Part shown: in pieces, positions 9,032-22,000 of the stretch | How the letters are laid out: the number at the start of each line of letters is the position of its first letter | How positions within the stretch are numbered: the stretch's first letter is position 1 | Assembly (NCBI GenBank): GCA_045628525.1 | Contig: JAZQPJ010000097.1 | Coordinates: 10,364-74,363, forward strand | Origin: Bacteroidales bacterium | Lineage (GTDB): Bacteria; Bacteroidota; Bacteroidia; Bacteroidales; UBA3663 | DNA: 64,000 bases | Reading direction: 5' to 3' | Program-made: the position numbers and the translations under genes | The notes under the pieces: generated by a model | What the model was told of the DNA's origin: nothing | Databases searched by the model: none | What the model saw: the letters and a program-made list of their open reading frames with translations, nothing else

Positions 9032-11392
9032 ATGAAACTGACCCAAACACTCCTCGCCGCAGGAGCCTGCCTGTTCTTCGCACAGGCTAATGCCCAGCTG
9101 TCAACGAATGCTGACAAGTTTCTGGGCAACATCACTACAAGCGGACAAGTAGATTACGGCAACGAGAAGTACCACACCCTCTGGAACCAGCTTACCCCCG
9201 AGAACGAGACCAAGTGGTCGTCGATCGAGGGCAACCGCGGACAGTTCAACTGGGGCGGTGCCGACCGTGCCTACAACTATGCCAAGCAGTACGGCTTCCC
9301 CTTCAAGTTCCACACCCTCGTGTGGGGCTCGCAGTACCCTAACTGGATGGATGGCCTTTCGACTGCCGAGCAGTACGACGAAATCGTGAAGTGGATGGAT
9401 GCCGTCAAGGAGCGCTATCCTGACCTGCCATTGATCGACGTAGTCAACGAGGCAGTGGCCGGACATGCCCCTGCCCCATACCGCGCTGCCCTGGGCGGCG
9501 AGGGCAAGACTGGCTACGACTGGATCATCAAGGCCTTCGAGATGGCACATGACCGCTGGCCGGATGCCATCCTGATCTACAACGACTACAACACCTTCCA
9601 GTGGCAGCGTGACCAGTTTATCGAGCTGGTGCGCACCCTGCGCGATGCCGGTGCTCCTATCGACGCCTACGGCTGCCAGTCGCACGACCTCACCGACATG
9701 AATGTCTCCGCCTTCAAGGCTGCCATGGATGAGATACAGAATGCATTGCAGATCCCTATGTACAGCACGGAGTATGACATAGGCACCACCGACGACAGCT
9801 ACCAGCTGCAGCGCTACAAGGAGCAGATCCCCTACATGTGGGAGGCAGACTACTGTGCAGGCATCACCCTGTGGGGCTACATCTATGGCCGCACCTGGAC
9901 CACCGACGGCAACTCGGGCATCATCCGCAACGGCCAGGATCGCCCGGCCATGACCTGGCTGCGCGAGTACATGCAGACCGACGCTGCCAAGAATGCCAAG
10001 AGCCCATTCCCCGGCATGGTCAAGGAGGCTTCGGTCTATGTGAAGCCCACCGCGCTCAGCGTCACCGAAAAAGAGCCAATGACCATCGACGTGCTTGCCT
10101 CGATGAAGACCAAGACCATCGACCATGTGGACCTCTACGTCCAGGGCAAGAAGTATTGCACCATGACCGAGGCTCCATACAAAACAGAATACACCCCTGC
10201 AGGCAAGGGCAAGTATGACATCAAGGCCGTGGTGGTCACCACCGACGGCACTGAGTACACCCGCCTTTCGGGCTTCACCGCCTTTGGTGCACGCTCGCCA
10301 TTCAAGGAGGAGCTCATCACACTGCCTGGCCGACTCGAAATCGAGGACTTCGACCAGGGCGGCGAGGGTCTGACCTTCCACGACACTGACACCAAGGACG
10401 AGGGTGGCGCTGGCTACCGCACAGACAATGGCGGCGTCGATATCGTTGGCACCGAGACAGGCTACGGCATCGGCTACACCGCCCAGGGCGAGTGGCTGGA
10501 ATATACAGTGGAGGTTACCGAGCCTGGCATGTATGCTGTCGATGCCTACGGCGCATCGGGCATCTCAGGTTCGGCATTCACCCTTTCGGTCGATCAGGGC
10601 AACGGCATGCAGCTCATGACCACTGTCAACATCCCATGCGTGGCTGACAACGACTGGAGCAAGTACGGCATCGCTCATAGCGTATGCAGCGTACCGCTGA
10701 CCGTGGGCCGTCACATCATCCGCCTCACCATCACCGGTGCTTACGCCAACATCGACTACATCGACTTCTCGCTGGCCGAGCGCAAGCCTTACGCTGGCGT
10801 CATCACCATCCCTGGCATCATCGAGGCCGAGAACTTCGACTGCGGCGGCGAAGGCCTGACCTTCCACGACAGCGATGCCAAGAATGAGGGCGATGCCAGC
10901 TACCGCGATGACAATGGCGGTCTCGACATCGGCCTGGGCAACGGCGGCTACGTCATCGGCTATACCGCTCAGGGCGAGTGGACCGAGTACAGCGTGGATG
11001 TCACCGTGGCTGGCGAGTACGAGTATGTCGCTACCGTATCTTCCGGCTCGAACAACTCAGGCTTCTCACTCTTTGCCTGGATCGATGGCCAGCTCACCCG
11101 TCTGACCAACAAGATCAACGTGCCAAATGGCGGCAACTGGGACGACTACACCACCGTCACGGGCAAGCTGCTCATCCCACTGCAGGCTGGTGAGCAGACC
11201 TTCCGCCTCACCATCGATGCTCCATACTGCAACATCGACAAAGTGGAGCTGATCTGCACCAAGGCAGGCATCGAGGAGATCTCCAGCGACGAGGCCGCCA
11301 ATGCCAGCATGTACAACCTCTCGGGCCAGAAGGTTGGTGCCGGCTACAAGGGCTTCGTGATCCGCAATGGCAAGAAGTACATCAGCAAATAA
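9032..11392 (+). CDS. GH10 endo-1,4-beta-xylanase with two CBM6/35-like modules and a T9SS-type C-terminal tail
   Basis: GH10 blocks LWNQLTPENETKW, DVVNEA (acid/base) and YSTEYDI (nucleophile). Two tandem repeats begin IEDFDQGGEGLTFHDTD and AENFDCGGEGLTFHDSD. The tail MYNLSGQKVGAGYKGFVIRNGKKYISK resembles Prevotella-type Por/T9SS sorting domains. Confidence 0.9.
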   Translation: MKLTQTLLAAGACLFFAQANAQLSTNADKFLGNITTSGQVDYGNEKYHTLWNQLTPENETKWSSIEGNRGQFNWGGADRAYNYAKQYGFPFKFHTLVWGSQYPNWMDGLSTAEQYDEIVKWMDAVKERYPDLPLIDVVNEAVAGHAPAPYRAALGGEGKTGYDWIIKAFEMAHDRWPDAILIYNDYNTFQWQRDQFIELVRTLRDAGAPIDAYGCQSHDLTDMNVSAFKAAMDEIQNALQIPMYSTEYDIGTTDDSYQLQRYKEQIPYMWEADYCAGITLWGYIYGRTWTTDGNSGIIRNGQDRPAMTWLREYMQTDAAKNAKSPFPGMVKEASVYVKPTALSVTEKEPMTIDVLASMKTKTIDHVDLYVQGKKYCTMTEAPYKTEYTPAGKGKYDIKAVVVTTDGTEYTRLSGFTAFGARSPFKEELITLPGRLEIEDFDQGGEGLTFHDTDTKDEGGAGYRTDNGGVDIVGTETGYGIGYTAQGEWLEYTVEVTEPGMYAVDAYGASGISGSAFTLSVDQGNGMQLMTTVNIPCVADNDWSKYGIAHSVCSVPLTVGRHIIRLTITGAYANIDYIDFSLAERKPYAGVITIPGIIEAENFDCGGEGLTFHDSDAKNEGDASYRDDNGGLDIGLGNGGYVIGYTAQGEWTEYSVDVTVAGEYEYVATVSSGSNNSGFSLFAWIDGQLTRLTNKINVPNGGNWDDYTTVTGKLLIPLQAGEQTFRLTIDAPYCNIDKVELICTKAGIEEISSDEAANASMYNLSGQKVGAGYKGFVIRNGKKYISK

Positions 11393-11401
11393 TCCCATAT
11401 C

Positions 11402-13480
11402 ATGAAGAAATTCCTTCCCCTACTCATAACCCTCATGACCCTCTCTGGCACTAGCCAGATGAGGGCCGATGACGGTTCGATGCTCTGGATGCGACAGCAG
11501 GCCGGACAACCGTCAGAAATCACGCTGAAAGGCAAGTCGTCCACCACCACCGGGCTCGCCATGGATGAGCTCAGGCAAGCCTGGAAAGGCGGACCGATCA
11601 ACCTGGTGCTGCGCAAGCAGAAGGGCATGAAATGCGAGGCGTTCAGCATCCGTTCGGCCAATGGCATCACCACCATCTCAGCCACGGCCGACATCGGTCT
11701 GCTCTATGGCGCATACCATCTGCTTCGTCTGCAGGGGACAGGGGTTTCCCTTTCCGACCTGGACATCACCGAAGCGCCCTTCCATGACATCCGCGTGCTC
11801 GACCATTGGGACAACCTCGACGGCAACAGCGAGCGCGGATATGCCGGCAAGAGCATCTTCTGGGATGTGCAGGGTTATCCCGATGCCATCGGGGTGAACG
11901 ACGTGGCTGACATCGCCAACAATCCGCTCCAGAACCCGATGTACGCCCGTGCCAATGCCTCGCTGGGCATCAATGGCGCGGTGCTCAACAATGTGAATGC
12001 CTCGCCCAAGATGCTGACCCACGAGGTACTGGAGATGGCACGCCAGTATGCCGACGTGCTCCGTCCCTACGGCATCAAGGTCTATCTGGCTGTCAACTTC
12101 TCGAGCCCTGTGGTGCTCGACGGCCTCCCGACGGCCGATCCGCTCGACAAGCAGGTGCAGCAATGGTGGCAGCGCAAGGCCAAGGAGATCTACGCCCTGA
12201 TTCCCGACTTCGGCGGCTTCCTGGTCAAAGCCAACTCCGAGGGGCAGCCCGGTCCGATGGACTTCGGCCGCACGCATGCCGACGGCGCCAACGTGCTGGC
12301 CCGTGCGCTGAAGCCATACGGTGGCATCGTCATGTGGCGCGCCTTCGTGTATAGCCCCAGCGATCCTGACCGTGCCAAGCAGGCGCGTCTGGAGTTTGAG
12401 GATCTGGACGGACAGTTCCTCGACAACGTCATCATCCAGATCAAGAACGGACCGATCGACTTCCAGCCACGCGAGCCCTTCAATGCGCTGTTCGGTGCTT
12501 TGAAGCAGACGCCCGACATGGTGGAGTTTCAGGTGACGCAGGAGTACCTGGGCCAGGCCAACCATCTGGCCTACCTGGGCACCATGTGGCAGGAGTTCTT
12601 CGAGGAGGCCAACCAGTATGCCGGCTACATGCCCTACCAGCTGCAGTCGCGCTACAACGCCATCTCGGGCGTGGCCAACATCGGCACCGATGCCGACTGG
12701 ACGGGTCATCCCTTGGCACAATCCAACTGGTACGCCTACGGCCGCATGGCCTGGGATCCGGAACTCTCGGCCCAGGACATTGCCGACGAGTGGGTGTCGC
12801 TCACCTACCCTGACCTGACCTCCGAGCAGCATGCCACGCTGGTGTCGATGCTGATGCGCAGCCGCGAGGCAGTGGTCAATTACGAGATGCCGCTGGGCCT
12901 GCACCATCAGTTCGGCGACTCGCACTACGCCCCCGGCCCCTGGGAGAACCGCGGCATGCGTCGCGACTGGCTGCCCGCCTTCTACAACCAGGCCGACGCA
13001 CAGGGCATCGGCTTCGACCGCACTTCGGCCACCGGCAGCAAGAACACCGATCAGTATGATCCCACCTTTGCCCAGCTGGTCGAGGACGTGAACACCTGCC
13101 CAGACAAATATCTGCTCTGGTTCCACCATGTGGCTTGGGACCACAAGTGCCAGTCGGGCCGCACCGTGTGGGAGGAACTCTGCTACCGCTACCAGAACGG
13201 ACTGAACGAGGCACGTCAGCTGCAGCGTCAGTGGAACAGTCTGGAGGGAGCCATCGATCCTGAGATCTTCCATGACGTGCAGGTACGCCTGATGACCCAG
13301 ACGCGCGATGCCGAGTGGTGGAAGGACGGCTGTCTGCTCTACTTCCAGTCGCTCCACAAGCTGCCATTCCCCGACTTCCTCGAACCACCGGTCCACACCC
13401 TCGACGAATGCAAGAATGCCCGCCTGCGCGTTGGCCTTTACAAGAGTCCGACGCACGAGCAGCTCAACCAGCAGCGATAA
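11402..13480 (+). CDS. aguA: GH67 alpha-glucuronidase
   Basis: 692 aa with a signal peptide. The block FLVKANSEGQPGP and the overall length and architecture are typical of GH67. Confidence 0.9.
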   Translation: MKKFLPLLITLMTLSGTSQMRADDGSMLWMRQQAGQPSEITLKGKSSTTTGLAMDELRQAWKGGPINLVLRKQKGMKCEAFSIRSANGITTISATADIGLLYGAYHLLRLQGTGVSLSDLDITEAPFHDIRVLDHWDNLDGNSERGYAGKSIFWDVQGYPDAIGVNDVADIANNPLQNPMYARANASLGINGAVLNNVNASPKMLTHEVLEMARQYADVLRPYGIKVYLAVNFSSPVVLDGLPTADPLDKQVQQWWQRKAKEIYALIPDFGGFLVKANSEGQPGPMDFGRTHADGANVLARALKPYGGIVMWRAFVYSPSDPDRAKQARLEFEDLDGQFLDNVIIQIKNGPIDFQPREPFNALFGALKQTPDMVEFQVTQEYLGQANHLAYLGTMWQEFFEEANQYAGYMPYQLQSRYNAISGVANIGTDADWTGHPLAQSNWYAYGRMAWDPELSAQDIADEWVSLTYPDLTSEQHATLVSMLMRSREAVVNYEMPLGLHHQFGDSHYAPGPWENRGMRRDWLPAFYNQADAQGIGFDRTSATGSKNTDQYDPTFAQLVEDVNTCPDKYLLWFHHVAWDHKCQSGRTVWEELCYRYQNGLNEARQLQRQWNSLEGAIDPEIFHDVQVRLMTQTRDAEWWKDGCLLYFQSLHKLPFPDFLEPPVHTLDECKNARLRVGLYKSPTHEQLNQQR

Positions 13481-13503
13481 ATCATCTTATTATTATATAT
13501 AAT

Positions 13504-15450
13504 ATGAGGAAAACACTCTATTTTCTAAGTCCCCTCGCTGCCGGCGCGCTGCTGCTGACGGCATGCAACGATTCGGCGAATGCGGATCTTTCCGTTCAGG
13601 CATCGGTAGTGACCACCGAGGATGGTTGTAGCTCCATCGTCATCAGCTATCAAGGCACGTCGGTAGCCGAGATCACTCGCCTAGGCATGGTCACCGCCAT
13701 TGACAGTGCCGGCGTCTGGACGGTGACGGGTCAGTCAAAGACCGTAGCCATCAGCGAGTCGTATGACATGCTCATCGGCAAGCAGCTGCATTGCGAAAAC
13801 CACGGCGTTGAGACCATCTACGAACTTTCCGACGGTCAGGGCCACACGCAGCAGCTCGAGGTGCGCACCAATGACGACGGCGTGGCTTTCCGTTATGTGC
13901 TCGGCAAGGGTTATGAGTCGCCTGTCGATCTGAAGGGCGAGCAGACCACCGTGCAGATGCACTTCGACAACGGCTGCCGCCGCTGGATCTCGAAATGGAC
14001 CGAGCCTTACGAGGACTTCTTCCCATTGAACCCGGAGGAGAAGGATGGCGACCACTGGGGCTATCCAGCGCTCTTCAACCCTCGTCACAACGGCGAGGAG
14101 CAGGATGTCTATCTCCTGCTCACCGAGGCCAATGTGCTGCGTGGCCACAGCGCATCGAGCTTCTATACCGACCTCACTGACGGCGCCGGCTATCGCATCC
14201 AGCCCGACGAGATGGTGAGCCAGGTGCAGACCGGCTGGGCAACACCTTGGCGCGTGCTCATCACCGGCAGCCTGGGCGATGTGGTGCAATCGACTCTCGT
14301 CACCGACCTCAGCGAGCCATGCTCCTACGACGACACCTCATGGATCCAGCCGGGCGTTGTGTCATGGATCTACTGGGCCTACAACCACGGTTCGAACGAC
14401 TACAAGATCGTGTGCGACTACATCGACATGGCCGAGCAGCTCAAGCTCCCCTACATGCTCATCGATGCCGAATGGGACGAGATGGGCAATGGCGGCACCA
14501 TCGAGGATGCCCTTGCCTATGCCAGGGAGAAGGGCGTGAAGCCACTTATCTGGTACAACTCTACCACAGCCTGGATCGATTGGGCACCAGGGCCGAAGTA
14601 CCGCCTCAACGATCCGGAGAAGCGCGAGGCTGAGTTCCAGTGGTGCGAGGATCACGGTGTGGCTGGCGTGAAGATCGACTTCTTCCAGGGCGACCGTGAG
14701 TCGGCTATGAACTACTGCATCGACCTCTTGGAGAGCGCTGCCCGTCATCATCTCCTGGTTAATTTCCACGGCGCCACCATCCCTCGTGGTTGGTTCCGCA
14801 CCTATCCGAATCTGGTCAGCACCGAGGCTGTGTATGGTGCCGAGTGGTACAACAACCGCCCTACTCTCACCAATCGTGCTGCTGCCCACAATGCCACTTT
14901 GCCATTCACCCGCAATGTGATCGGCTCGATGGACTACACCCCTTGCACCTTCACCGACTCGCAGCATCCGCACATCACCACCCATGCTCACGAGCTGGCT
15001 TTGACCGTGTTGTTCGAATCGGGCCTCCAGCACTTGGCCGATCGTCCATCGTCTTATCTGTCACAGCCACAGGAGGTACAGGATTTCCTCTCAAACCTTC
15101 CTTCGGTATGGGATGAGACCCGCCTCGTAAGTGGAGAGCCTGGCCATCATGCCGTAATGGCTCGCCGAAGTGGAGGAACCTGGCACATTGCAGGTATCAA
15201 TGGCACAGACGAGCAGATTGAACTTGAGCTTGACCTGACTCCGTATGTTGCGTCGGGCGATAAGATAACCCTCTTCCAGGACTCAGGACTGGCGTTGGAT
15301 ACCTCTATCACAGATCCTGAAAAGATTGCTGGCTACTGGTTCATCCATCCTTGGCCGACGGCTGCGCAAGAGGGTGAGAAACTGACTGACTACCATCAGA
15401 AAATCCAGCTTCAGCCTCGTGGCGGTTACGTGTGTGTTATTCAGAAATAA
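13504..15450 (+). CDS. Glycoside hydrolase family 97 lipoprotein (second paralogue)
   Basis: ATG 13504 gives MRKTLYFLSPLAAGALLLTAC (lipobox). The track ORF start at 13315 overlaps the GH67 gene. Blocks MLIDAEWDEMGNGG, KIDFFQGDRES and NFHGATIPRGWFRTYPN parallel those of 2187..4205. Confidence 0.9.
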   Translation: MRKTLYFLSPLAAGALLLTACNDSANADLSVQASVVTTEDGCSSIVISYQGTSVAEITRLGMVTAIDSAGVWTVTGQSKTVAISESYDMLIGKQLHCENHGVETIYELSDGQGHTQQLEVRTNDDGVAFRYVLGKGYESPVDLKGEQTTVQMHFDNGCRRWISKWTEPYEDFFPLNPEEKDGDHWGYPALFNPRHNGEEQDVYLLLTEANVLRGHSASSFYTDLTDGAGYRIQPDEMVSQVQTGWATPWRVLITGSLGDVVQSTLVTDLSEPCSYDDTSWIQPGVVSWIYWAYNHGSNDYKIVCDYIDMAEQLKLPYMLIDAEWDEMGNGGTIEDALAYAREKGVKPLIWYNSTTAWIDWAPGPKYRLNDPEKREAEFQWCEDHGVAGVKIDFFQGDRESAMNYCIDLLESAARHHLLVNFHGATIPRGWFRTYPNLVSTEAVYGAEWYNNRPTLTNRAAAHNATLPFTRNVIGSMDYTPCTFTDSQHPHITTHAHELALTVLFESGLQHLADRPSSYLSQPQEVQDFLSNLPSVWDETRLVSGEPGHHAVMARRSGGTWHIAGINGTDEQIELELDLTPYVASGDKITLFQDSGLALDTSITDPEKIAGYWFIHPWPTAAQEGEKLTDYHQKIQLQPRGGYVCVIQK

Positions 15451-18117
<2,667 letters not shown>

Positions 18118-18148
18118 GCTGAAACACTCATCCGAGCGCTCGAAAACC

Positions 18149-18400
18149 CATTCCACCACGCGGACAAGGTTTTCGAGCTCTCGAATTGTTCATTCCATAC
18201 CCTTGGCGGACATTTCGAGGCCTCGGAAATCTCATTCCATAGCTATGACAGACTTTCCGATGTGTCGGAAACCACATTCCATAGCTGGGACAAACTTTCC
18301 GAGGCCTCGGAAAGCTCATCCTATACCCTTGGCAGACTATCCGACGCATCGAAGAGTACATTTTGTGTTGCGGACGCAGTTTCCGCTGGCCATAGTCATG
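18149..18400. repeat. Six tandem 42-bp units, each with an internal small hairpin
   Basis: Unit boundaries are 18149, 18191, 18233, 18275, 18317 and 18359. The consensus is about CATTCCATAnCTnGGACAnACTTTCCGAGGCCTCGGAAAnCT. Unit 4 contains the perfect 20-nt palindrome CTTTCCGAGGCCTCGGAAAG. Confidence 0.85.
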
Positions 18401-18434
18401 AACTGTTTCTAATCTACAATAAACATACCCTATC

Positions 18435-18953
18435 ATGAAACTACGATTTCTAATTCTTTTCCTCCTCATCACCTTCGGCCTTCGCGCCCAGTCAGAGTCT
18501 CAGTATCCCACCGCCGCCGATGCTCCTGGCCTTGAGTTTGCCTTCGAGCTCCATGTCAAGATCGACGGAGCCTTCAGCGTGGGACCCACCTCGCACGGCG
18601 AGCGCGTGGTCATCCCCATCACCGGCGGCACCTTCGAGGGTCCGCTCATCCACGGCACCATCCTCAGTGGCGGCGCCGACTACCAGCTGGTCGATAAGGA
18701 GCGCAACCGCACCGAACTCGAAGCCATCTACTGCATCCAGACGCACGATGGCGTGAACATCCACGTCCGCAACCGCGGCATCATCTGGATGGGCCGCAAC
18801 GAGCACGGCGAGGATACCTATTACTTCCGTGCAGCCCCAACGTTCGAGGCTCCTGCCGACAGTCCATACGCCTGGCTCAACAACGCCATCTTTGTCTGCA
18901 CCGTCGTGCCCTGGGATGGCGGCATCGGACTGCGCATCTGGAAGGTCAAGTGA
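18435..18953 (+). CDS. DUF3237 (UPF0311) family secreted protein
   Basis: 172 aa with a signal peptide. Blocks GERVVIPITGGTFEGP, GGADYQ and YFRAAPTFEAP..YAWLN match the DUF3237 pattern as I remember it. Confidence 0.75.
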   Translation: MKLRFLILFLLITFGLRAQSESQYPTAADAPGLEFAFELHVKIDGAFSVGPTSHGERVVIPITGGTFEGPLIHGTILSGGADYQLVDKERNRTELEAIYCIQTHDGVNIHVRNRGIIWMGRNEHGEDTYYFRAAPTFEAPADSPYAWLNNAIFVCTVVPWDGGIGLRIWKVK

Positions 18954-18972
18954 CCGACTGCCAAATACAAAG

Positions 18973-19010
18973 ATGTCCCCACTTCATCTGAGGCGGGGAC
19001 ATTTTGTTTC
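18973..19010. terminator. Hairpin terminator shared by convergent genes
   Basis: Stem atgtcccc (18973-18980) pairs with ggggacat (18995-19002), followed by ttttgtttc. It lies between the DUF3237 stop (18953) and the HTCS stop (19032). Confidence 0.65.
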
Positions 19011-19031
19011 TGTGAAATGAACAAGTGAAGA

Positions 19032-22000
19032 TTACTCATCGGCATCTTCCTCATTGCTTGATCCTGCAGCGGCATCGGTGTCTGATGCACCATCGGCAGC
19101 CGGTACTGGCACTTGTGGCTTGCTGCGGTGACCATCCATGTACTGGGTAGGCGATACGCCATAGAGCTCCTTAAAGGCAGTGGCGAAGTTGTTCGGATTG
19201 GCAAAGCCGACCTGATAGGCAACTTCGGCTACAGCCATCTTCTTCTGCGAGAGGAGTTCGGCGGCCTTGGTCAGACGAATATTGCGGAAGTAGTTGCGTG
19301 CCGACTGATTGGTGAGCTCCTTGAGCTTGCGATAGAGGTGTACACGGCTCAAGCCGACCTCCTTGGCAATCATCTCGGAGGTAAGATCCGGATTGTTGAG
19401 ATTGTCGTTGATCACCTTGACCACGCGCTCCAGCAGACGCTCGTCGGGCGACTTGAGTTCTGGCGTAGCAATCTGATCGGCTGGCACCTGCTGGCCGCTG
19501 AAGGTATTGCGCAAGCGATCCTGCGTCTGCAGGAGGTTCTGCAGGGTCTTCTTGAGCAGTTCGATGTTGAATGGCTTCGCGATAAAGGCATTGGCACCGA
19601 TCTCCAGGCTCGTAAGTCGGTCCTCGTCGCTGGCTCGAGCGGTGAGCAATACCACAGGGATGTGGTTGAGACGCACGTTGCCTCGGATCTTGCGGCAGAG
19701 TTCCTCGCCATCCATACCCGGCATCATGACGTCGCTGAGCACCAGGTCGAAATTGCCCTGCATGATGGCATCGAAGGCCGGCTGTCCATCAGGGAAGCCC
19801 GTAACACGATAATAGGGCGAGAGCTCGGAGATGAGATACTGACGGATCTCGTCTTCGTCCTCCACTACAGCAATCTGCTTGCGCGAAGCTGGAGCCTGCG
19901 GTGCCTCCTGTTCGGAAATGGCCTCAGGCAGCGAGTGCAGCGCCACGGTGGCAGCAGCCGAGTGTCCGATCATGATTGGCTGCTCGCTGGCCGTCTCGCT
20001 CTGCAGCTCTTCCTTGGCAAAGACGCGCGTGCCCAATGGCAGATTGATGATGAATGACGAACCGCGGCCTGCAGGATTCTCAATCATGCGGATAGTGCCA
20101 TGATGCAGCAGCACAAGCGAATGTACGAGGTTCAGGCCGATGCCCGTGCCCATCGAGTTGGAAATGTCATTGCGCACCTGATAGAATCGCTCGAAGATAT
20201 GGAGACGCTCCTTCTCGGGGATGCCGATGCCCGTGTCGGTGACCGAGATGCGGACGCTGCCCTCGGGGAAGTGGCTGTTGGGCGCATCCTTGACCAGGCT
20301 GACATTGATCGAGCCACCCTCCGGTGTGAACTTTAGTGCATTGGAGAGCAGGTTGATCAGAATCTTCTCGAAGCAGGCAGTATCGAGCATCATCCGGGTT
20401 CCCACTGGCAACGAATCGGTAACGGTAAGCTGGATGCGACGCACCTCAGCCATATCCGAGACGGTGCTGGCGAGGTCGCTGACGTGGGTCGAGATGTCCA
20501 CCTGACGACAGACGATCTTCATCTGCTCGGCATCGATCTTACGCAAGTCCATCAGCTCGTTGATCAGGTTGAGGATGCGGTTGGCGTTGCGCTCGATGAG
20601 CTTGTAGGTATGCTGGCGCTGAGGGTCGGTATCGGACGACATGAGCTTCTGCAATGGCGTCAGGATAAGTGTCATTGGAGTACGGAACTCATGCGAAATG
20701 TTCATGAAGAACTGCAGCTTGGCCTCGTTGATGGCCTCATGCTGATGATGCTCGCGCATACGGCGACGCATCTGGATGCGACGCAGGGCGAGCTGAAGGC
20801 TCAGCCAGACGAGCAGGCCGATGATGCCCACCCAGATGAGCGTAGCCCACCAACTGCGATACCAGGGATATGCGATATGGATGAAGACGGTCTGAACCTC
20901 CGACTCAGCGCCATCGTAGAACGACTGGAAGCGGAACGAGTGTGTGCCCGATGTCATGTGGCTGAATGCAACACGGTTGAGACCGGGTGGAAGTGTCTGC
21001 CAGCGATCGCCATCCATGGAGTAGCGATAGACGACACGACCCGTAAGCATGATCGGACAGGTGGCCAGCTCGACCGTGAACGAGTGATTTTCGTCCGGCA
21101 GCTGGTAGGAACCATCCGCCTCAGGATGAAAATACGTAAGGTCCGTACGGAAGCTGACAATACGCACGGAATGCTGAGGTATCTGCTGATAGATGCTGAG
21201 CGGCTTGAACCAAGTGATGCCGTTGGTGCCACCGAACCACAGCGTGCCATCTACGTCGCGCATGGCAGCGTTCTTATAGAACTCATTGCCCTGCAAGCCA
21301 TCGCGGATGGTGTAGTTGGTAATCTGCTCCTGCGCGATGTTGAGCTTCGAGAGGCCAGAATTGCTGCTCATCCAGAGATTGCCTTCATTGTCATCGAGTG
21401 CAGCATAGAGATTGTTGTTCGAAAGGCCATCGTCGGTAGTGAAGCGGCGATGGGTGCGCGAAGTGCAATCGTAGATTATCAGGCCCTGATTTGTACACAG
21501 AGACAGTTTGTTGGACGAAAAGCGTGTGATGCTATAGACGATGAACTCGGGGAATGTCTGCTCGACGCCGATGCTGTCTCCCTTGAGTGAAATAATGGAA
21601 AGACCATTGTACGAACCCACATAGAGCTTCTCTTCCTCGGCATCGTAGTCAAGGTCGCAACTCCACAGACTGGCATTGTTACCCAAGAGCACCTGGCGGA
21701 ATTCCTGCGCCGACTCGTTGAAGCGCACCAGACCCAGACCCATGGTGGCAGCCCAGATGTTGCCCTGCCGGTCCTCGACAAAAGAATAGACATTGGCCGA
21801 CGAGCCATCCACACCTGCGATGGGCATATAACGGCACTTGCCCGTCTTGAGATCGACGATGCCGCAGCCCTGGCTGTAGGAACCGAACCACACACGTTGG
21901 CGCGAGTCCTCGAAGATGTTCATGAACGAAAGCGGCACCGAACCCGGCTGTCCGGTGACAGGGAAGTGCTGCAGCTGCTGTCCCTGCTCGTTGATGCCAT

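Noticed and set aside
11678-13456. 592-aa minus-strand ORF, plus similar long antisense ORFs (for example 9101..10381, 6500..7462, 8318..9046, 28176..29300, 49076..50017, 52143..53111, 55158..55892, 60523..61428)
   Set aside because: Each lies entirely opposite a gene with strong family signatures. They are rich in Arg/Gly/Ala/Val/His as expected from stop-poor antisense frames in GC-rich DNA. None shows a domain motif, a signal peptide or a promoter box.
13315-13503. N-terminal extensions of track ORFs (13315, 23258, 25116, 43254, 46319, 50089, 4994, 30886, 35916)
   Set aside because: The extensions overlap upstream genes or promoter boxes, or use GTG/TTG codons. Internal ATGs give canonical signal peptides, lipoboxes or N-terminal motifs instead.
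18149-18400. CRISPR array (also considered for 39636..39881)
   Set aside because: The units abut one another with no unique spacers. In the second array the variable part between palindromes is only about 12 nt. No cas genes are nearby.
18128-18472. ORFs 18128..18472 (-) and 18203..18412 (+) with repeated peptide segments
   Set aside because: They exist only because the 42-bp (14-codon) tandem repeat keeps frames open. The minus ORF overlaps the DUF3237 start, and both strands are open, which argues for non-coding repeats.
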